64,000 nucleotides of DNA from positions 172,982,001 through 173,046,000 of the forward strand of contig NC_058368.1 of assembly GCF_018350175.1 (NCBI RefSeq), in the 5' to 3' direction. A program made the position numbers and the translations under genes. Source of the stretch: Felis catus. Lineage: Eukaryota. The stretch's first letter is position 1; each line of letters opens with the position of its first letter. This document shows positions 57,851 through 64,000 of this stretch, piece after piece. The notes under the pieces are model-generated. The model was not told the DNA's origin. It did not search any database and saw nothing but the letters and a program-made list of their open reading frames with translations.

Positions 57851-58999
57851 CCTGGGCCAGCATCAACCTGAAATCCAAAAACAGCAATTAATCTTAGTTT
57901 ACAGGCCATTTGACTCTTATCTTCAAAATGGCAGCCACTTCTGAAGGCCTAGTGGCCTCAATGCCTTTCTGCTGCACTTCCATGGGCGGAAAAAGTTCCC
58001 CAGCTGACGATGGAAAAATGGCCTCGGTGAGCCTCCGCAAACTCCATCTTCCCGGAGCTGGGAGATCTTGCCACATGCAAACAGCCCGTCCCTTTTTCCT
58101 GCACTGCAGACTGGTGGACAGTTGGGCTGAACTAACATTAAAATCCCTTTGGCAGTAGAAATTCCTAAATCTCAAACAGAAATTGTCCTCCCCATCCCCC
58201 GCTGGTGGGGGGGGGGGGTGTCCAGCGGCCGGATCTCCCAAAGGGAGAGGGCTGCAGGGTTCGAAGGGGGCTCCCGGACGCTGCACAAAAAAGGTTACCC
58301 TCCTCCTTCCTGGATCGCTCGGGCGCAGCGGTCACAATAGCGCTGCACCCTGCGCCCAGCCGGCACTGAAGCCTTTGCAGCGGCCGTGCCCAGGCCGCAG
58401 GCGAGTCGGCCTAAGCGGGTGCACCCCGAACCTCGCCTTTCAGACTGCAAGACTGCTCAGTCCACGGCTGCAGGGCCCAGAGGCCACGACGCGGCAGGGG
58501 GAGAGAAACAGAGGCAGCCGGCGAAGCCGAGTCAGGGCAGCAGCAGCTGCTACAGCTTGACAAACATGGCTGCTGCCGACGCCGCCGCCGCCTGCCCGGG
58601 CCGCGCTCCTTCCCGCAGCCGCGGCAGCACCTCCTGGCCGAGCCGATCGCACTCATCAATATTAAGCAGCAAGCAAAGTTTGCTGCAGGAGGGTAGCCGG
58701 CCCCGCGCCCACCAGCTGGCTACCTGTGGGGAGGCGGAGGCCGAGGTGCGCGCGGGAGGCCGGCGGGGCACGGGCCGCGCCGGGAGGAAGTTCTCCGCGG
58801 CCGGGCCGGCTAGGCCTGAGCCCGGCTGGTAGTGATGGAGGGGGAGGGGGCCCGCGGCAACAACGCCGCGGGCCACCAACACCGCGCCGCGCCCGGCCCT
58901 CACCCGCGCCCCTCACCTCACGGCCACCACCATCTTCCCCGCCCGGCCGCCTCCTCCCTCTTCGCGCCTGCCCGCCACCCACCCAAGCGCACTAGTTAC

Positions 59000-59121
59000 C
59001 GTGCCCCGCGCCCCCTCCCGGGCCGGCTGGGGGGAGGGGGTGACCCTCATTACACTGGGGCGCGAGCGGAGCTGAGGGGAGAGAGCGGAGCCGCTCGCTG
59101 CACCCCCCTCCCCCCCGCGTC
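59000..59121 (-). other. NSD1: NSD1 non-coding exon 1 (5' UTR); transcription start approximate
   Basis: Minus strand reads GACGCGGGGGGGAGGGGGGTGCAGCGAGCGG...GTGTAATGAGGGTCACC...GGGGCACG|GTAACT. It resembles my recollection of the human NSD1 mRNA leader, has a donor at 59000/58999 and lies in the CpG island. Confidence 0.72.
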
Positions 59122-59797
59122 TCTCTTCAGGGGAGAAGGCAGCGAGCGCGACCTGCCCCGGCCTATTCCGCCGCCGCCTCCTCCTCCTCACACCCCCACC
59201 GCGCGCGCCCCCGCGGCGGCGCGTGCGACCCAGCGCCTCGCGCCGGCCCGCGTGCGGCTGGGGCACCGAGTGCGCGCGCACCCCTTCCCCCCACCGCGCG
59301 CGCGCTCCCTCTCCTCACTCTTCGGGGTTCAGGGCGGGTGAAGTCGGGCTCGCGAACGCGCCGCCCAATCAGCGGAGCCGCCGCTGCCGCCCCCTCCCCT
59401 CCCCTTGCGCGCCCGCTCGCGGCCCGGGCCTACGGGCCGGCCCGGCAGCCCGGGCGGGGCCTGAGGCAGGCTCCCCAGGGGCCTCGCGCGCCTCCCCGGA
59501 GTGTCTGGGCCTGCGGGCGTCGTGGGTGGCACTCAGATCCCCTCACCTACCTCAGGGCGCTACGCTGGCCCCGGGCTGCACACGGCTCCTGAACCCTACC
59601 CGTCTCGAGCCCCATCCCCGGCGGCACCTGGCCCGGCTGAGGCCTGTCCGACCGCCCAGCCAGCCCCGTTCGGGCCCGCGTCAGTCCCAGCCTCCATCTT
59701 AGGTTACAGCCCGGCTCCCCATCCACTGGGCACCTGCCCTCAGCTCGCTCGGCTCGGCCCGAGGCCAAGGCAACCCCCCTCCTACCGCGGGGCTCAC

Positions 59798-59945
59798 CTG
59801 GGGGCTTGGGCTGGGGTCTTCGAAGCCTCAGGCCCCGAGCAGGCGTGGCCGCAGGTGAACCCCCTGCCCAGCCGCACCCCAAACCCACACCACCACCACC
59901 ACAGACCAAGCTGAGCAGGAAACAAAATGGAGGCAGCAGCTCGGG
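59798..59945 (-). other. NSD1: Candidate alternative upstream first exon of NSD1 (5' boundary unknown)
   Basis: Strong donor CCCCCAG|GTGAGC at 59798/59797 within the island, downstream (on minus) of a YY1-like CCTCCATTTTG motif at 59923-59934. Confidence 0.4.
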
Positions 59946-61217
59946 TCTGCCTCCCAGAGCCAAGCTTGTGCAGCCCCAGGGCTCCCTCCTGCCGCAGGCC
60001 CGACGCCCGCGAAGCAGGGGGCTGGCTCGTTCCGGGAAAAACAGGCAGCCGCCCTAGAGCAGCGCAGTCAGGCTGGGGACTCGGCCCTGCGGTCCCCACA
60101 GCCCCTCACCCACCACCCCTTCCCTTCCCCCTCCTCCCTATTTCTCTCCCTCCCCCTGCCCGGCCTTGCGGGGTGAGCGGCGATCGGGAGCCGGGTCGGG
60201 TCGGGTTACCCGCCCGGGCACTGCCTGCCCGGCCGTGGCCTCGGCCGGGGGATGAGGCCAGGCGACCCCCGCGCCGAGCCCACCCCCCGCACCGGAGCCG
60301 GGCAGCAGCCTGATTGCGCGCCCGCACCTCGGCCTGCCGCCGTGCGGCCCCCGCCCAGTGAGGCCGTGTCCCCAGCCCGGGCACCACCGGGACGAAGCTC
60401 CCTCACCACCCCCGAGCCCAGGGGTCCTCGCTGCCTCGGGCGGGGCGAGGGGAGCGCTGGGGGGAGGGGTCCACTAATCCCTGCACCGCCTCCCGCGCCT
60501 AGTCTGGGTCTGGGCCTGGCACGGGGACTCGGGCCGCAGGCGCGGGCGGGCGTCAGTAGGTGTGTGCGCGCGGGGCAGGGGACGCGAGCTGGGGGCCCGG
60601 AGGGGCCGCGCCTCGCACCGCGGACGCTGCAGTTCTCCGCACCCAGGCAGATGGCCCTCTCGTGCCACAGCCGCCCAGCGCAGGCCGCTTGCTCCGCAGC
60701 CCTGATCCCCCGGGAGCGCGCGCCTCGCCCCTGCGAGCCGGGCTTCGGGACCCCGGCGGAACTGCGCTGGGAGGGCGGACCGCCCGGCTGGTCCAGCCAG
60801 GCCTAATGGCCTAATCGCCTAATCCTCGGCCTGGTGTGCTGTCTGCTCCCAGGGCGTCTTGGAACTCGAGGCCTGCACCCAGCGCGCGGGGCCCCGCAGC
60901 TCTGGCCTAGAGCGGCCGCGACGCGTCCAACCATCAAAGACGGCGTAAGGACAGGTCAAGGAAACCAAACCCAGCCTCACCCCGAGACTCCGGCCCCCTA
61001 AGCCCTTCCCCCAGTTCTCTCTGACTTCGTCGCCCCCTGGGCTTGAACCCCGGCAAAAAGCTCACCTCTGCAGCTAGTTGTTAACCTAAAGTGCTAAGGG
61101 CATCCTCGCTGTTGAGAGAAAACCACAACCTACCGCCATAAAAATCCCGCCTCCTCCAGAAAGCCTTCTGTGATTAGAGTTAACTCCATCTCAAAGCTGA
61201 GGGCGCCGCCCTCGAGA

Positions 61218-61227
61218 GCCACGTGAC
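61218..61227. promoter_or_regulatory. E-box GCCACGTGAC (USF/MYC-type)
   Basis: Exact motif with intact CpG at the island shore. Motif only, no binding evidence. Confidence 0.35.
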
Positions 61228-63317
61228 CATGAGTCCTCCCTGGGCTTAGTAAATGTGCATAATTATTGCCCCAGTGGAGTGTTTACCCGCAGCCCTTCTA
61301 TCTGTTAGCCGTGAGCCCACTTGGAAGAAAGGCCGCTTTTGGCCTTGTCCTGCGCGGCGTCGGCACGGGAGTCCCTAAACGCCACCCTTAATCCTTCCCC
61401 ACCTTTCTCCCGGAGACTGGCCCCAGTAGACTAAGAGTTCAGGGTGCCCCAAATCTCCTACTCTCCAAAGCCCACAGTCCAGTCCTGGAGACACACAAGT
61501 AAACAGGTCCATAGCACACCGTGTAGGTGCTGGAATGCAGCCCCTGCCAAGACACCAAGCAGGCTTTCTTAGAGGGCAGATATCCCCTGGAACCAAAGTA
61601 ATGCGCCCCCACCCCCACCCCCGCACTCCAACTATGACCCCAGGGGGCCTCTGAGGTCCTCTGAAGGTTCCCAGGTACAAAGTAAGGTTGGTAGTGTTCT
61701 GTGCACTAGGACCAGCCGGAGAAAAGCTGGGTCTACACCACAGGGTCCTGCCCTACAGGGACCAGCCCTTGCTCTGCTAAGGAGTCATTCCTGCCAACCC
61801 CATCTGGGCAATTCAGTGGGGAAGCTTTGACTGTTTCCTTCTTCACACCTAATAATTTGAGCTAAGCATTTCTGACAATTACCCCCTGCCAATTGCCCCA
61901 ATTCATCAAGGCTCCTCTCAACATTTTACTTTCCCACAGACCAACCTGAGGGCTTCAGAGCTGCCCCTGTCTGGGCTTGAGCCAGTCACTTAACAGCCCC
62001 AAGCCTCAGTTTCCTCACCTGTGGCACAATGAACAGGGGTGGCTGTGAGGTTCTTCCAAGGGAAAGGTAAGTTTTAGGAGCCTGTGCAGACTAAGCACCT
62101 GCTGAATGCTGAAATGTAATTCATTGCTTCATTCAGCAAACAATTTCTGCTTTCTGGTCAATATGCTGGGTGCTGGGAAAAACAAAGGACTAGATGCCTG
62201 CCCCAGGAATCCCCAGGCCTCAGGAAAAGACAATTAAATAAAGGTGCTGAGTATGAAGAGGTACGGGGACAATGGTTCCTCCCAGAGCTGACCTCTGGAC
62301 ATCACTGCAATACGGGAAACCCTCTTTACAACTTTCCAGCCCCCAAGAAAAAGCAGTAGGGGTTAAAAGGGAGACAGGCAGCTGGATGAACAGGTTACTG
62401 GAACCCCAGGGTAAAACTCTTGGACTTTCCTGCCTGTTAAGTAGAATTTGGCTGCAATGGTCTCAACTACAACAGCCCCCTCTGGGGCCTCCGCATCCAC
62501 CGGGCCCTGGCCAAGCGCCTCATGTATGTTTGTTTTGGGTTGAAGGGACCCACAGGACCACATATTCTCACAAGGACACTGGCTCTTGAAGTCAGAGAAG
62601 AAGGGATAGGATTTGGTCCTACCCTCCTCCTCATCTTTGCTCAGGGACCTTTTCTGGCCCTGTATCTCTCATCCTTAAGACTGAGATTAGAATCAAATAC
62701 GTGCTAAGTCTCTGGCTGTATGCTAGATACCATGCTGGGCACTTGACGCACCTTAGTTCCTTTAACCCTTCAGCAGTCCTGTGAAGAACTGGAGTCCAAA
62801 AGTTTAAGCAAGGTGTCAGAGTCTTAACTGTCACCTGGTGTGCTTGGCCTTATCTGTTGTTCTTAGCTGGCACACAGATACCATCTTTAAGGGCCCAACA
62901 CAGTGCCTCACCCACAGGTGTTCAGGAATTTGAGTGTCAGGCAGTGAGATTACCTTAGCCTCAGTTTCCTCATCTGTGAATTATAGTTACTGATAATTCC
63001 TACCCTGCTGAGATAGATACTTGTCAAGACTTTTGGCCAATGTACAGTGACCCCTTTTTTCTTAGAACTGCCCCCCTTTCATTCATTAATTCTACAGATA
63101 TTTATTAAGCTCTCCCCTCATAGCCTTGTGAAGAAGGCAGATAAATAAAAACAAGGTAGAGAGCTGAACAGTAAGAGAGAAGCTGAAGGTGCTGGGGGAT
63201 TTGGGGAGGCCTCAGGGGCAGTCAGGGAAGCAATAAGAGGTCTCAGGTAAGGATAGGAAAGGCCATGGGTGCCTGACTATGCAGGGCCTTGTTGTTCAAA
63301 TTAAAGAATTTAGGCTT

Positions 63318-63540
63318 GGGGCACCTGGGTGGCTCAGTTGGTTGAGGGTCCAACTTGGGCTCAGGTCATCATCTCGCGGTCCAAGTGTTCAAACCCCATG
63401 TCAGGGTCAGTGCTGGCAGCTTGGAACCTGGAGCCTGCTTCAGATTCCTGTCTCCCTCTCTCTCTGCCCCTCCCCTGCTCTCACTCTGTCTCCCTCTCTT
63501 TCGACAATAAACATTAAAAAGATAATAATAAAAAGAGTTT
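63318..63540 (+). mobile_element. CanSINE upstream of the NSD1 promoter
   Basis: Typical head, (CT)n and A tail. Flanked by TTAAAGAATTTAGGCTT at 63301-63317 and 63541-63557. Confidence 0.9.
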
Positions 63541-64000
63541 TTAAAGAATTTAGGCTTTCTCTGGAGGTCAGTAGGAAACCATGGAAGGTTATGGATCACA
63601 TCTATGCAGTACAAAGCTAACTCTGCCAGCAGTGTCCAGATGACACTGGTACTTCCTCTAGAAACACTACCCTGGCCAGGGTCTTGCCTCTGGGATATGC
63701 TAGAACTGTCATATCAGTAACAGTTGTGGCTTCTCCTCCTTTGTGCCAGATATCCTCCAAGACACCCTCTCATTTAATCCTGAGTTGAGCACTGTTGTTC
63801 TCCCCATCTTCAGGAAAGGAAGCATGACTTTGTCAAAACCAAACTCCTAACCCAAACTCCCAGTTCACACTCTTCATCTCCACTGGACGTGAACATCATC
63901 TGCTTTCTGACTAAACAGCCAGGTCTGGTGGGGAGGTATGGAGGCCTTTGCTAATTAGTCCTAAATGCTGCTGGTAAACACCACAATCATCCCTTTTTTG

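Larger units (their letters stand above)
58190..61060. promoter_or_regulatory. CpG island / NSD1 promoter
   Basis: Abrupt shift to very GC- and CpG-rich sequence with many GC boxes. GC box plus CCAAT at 59361-59369. No canonical TATA box noticed. Confidence 0.93.

Noticed and set aside
57894..60814. Many overlapping 60-184 aa ORFs on both strands
   Set aside because: Pro/Arg/Gly/Ala-rich products expected from stop-codon scarcity in a CpG island. No recognisable domains.
61400..64000. Possible neighbouring gene upstream of NSD1
   Set aside because: Only MIR/L2-like remnants, one SINE and short unrecognisable ORFs. No supportable exon.

Overview
Mammalian genomic DNA, almost certainly felid, judged from the carnivore tRNA-derived CanSINEs of SINEC_Fc type and carnivore/feline L1 3' ends. 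The window holds the 5' end of NSD1 (H3K36 methyltransferase) on the minus strand: a CpG-island promoter (~58.2-61.1 kb), candidate non-coding first exon(s), the first coding exon (57867-56924, ATG 57850, 309 codons), and more than 56.9 kb of the following intron. I did not find the next exon in the window. The intron is saturated with retroelements: roughly 85-90 CanSINE copies or fragments by eye, many L1 fragments, MIR, L2, MER44, MER58 and an MLT1 LTR. Nearly all other ORFs in the track are repeat or GC-rich artefacts. I see no wholly new gene system. The most interesting signals are (i) a three-frame uORF plus frameshifting-exitron layout at the NSD1 start, (ii) a tailless U6 snRNA 5' fragment inserted with its own TSD into an L1, (iii) an apparent 3' transduction carried by that same L1, and (iv) recurrent antisense SINE-into-SINE junctions at one host position. 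Repeat family names and human-orthologue comparisons come from recall, not from a database search.
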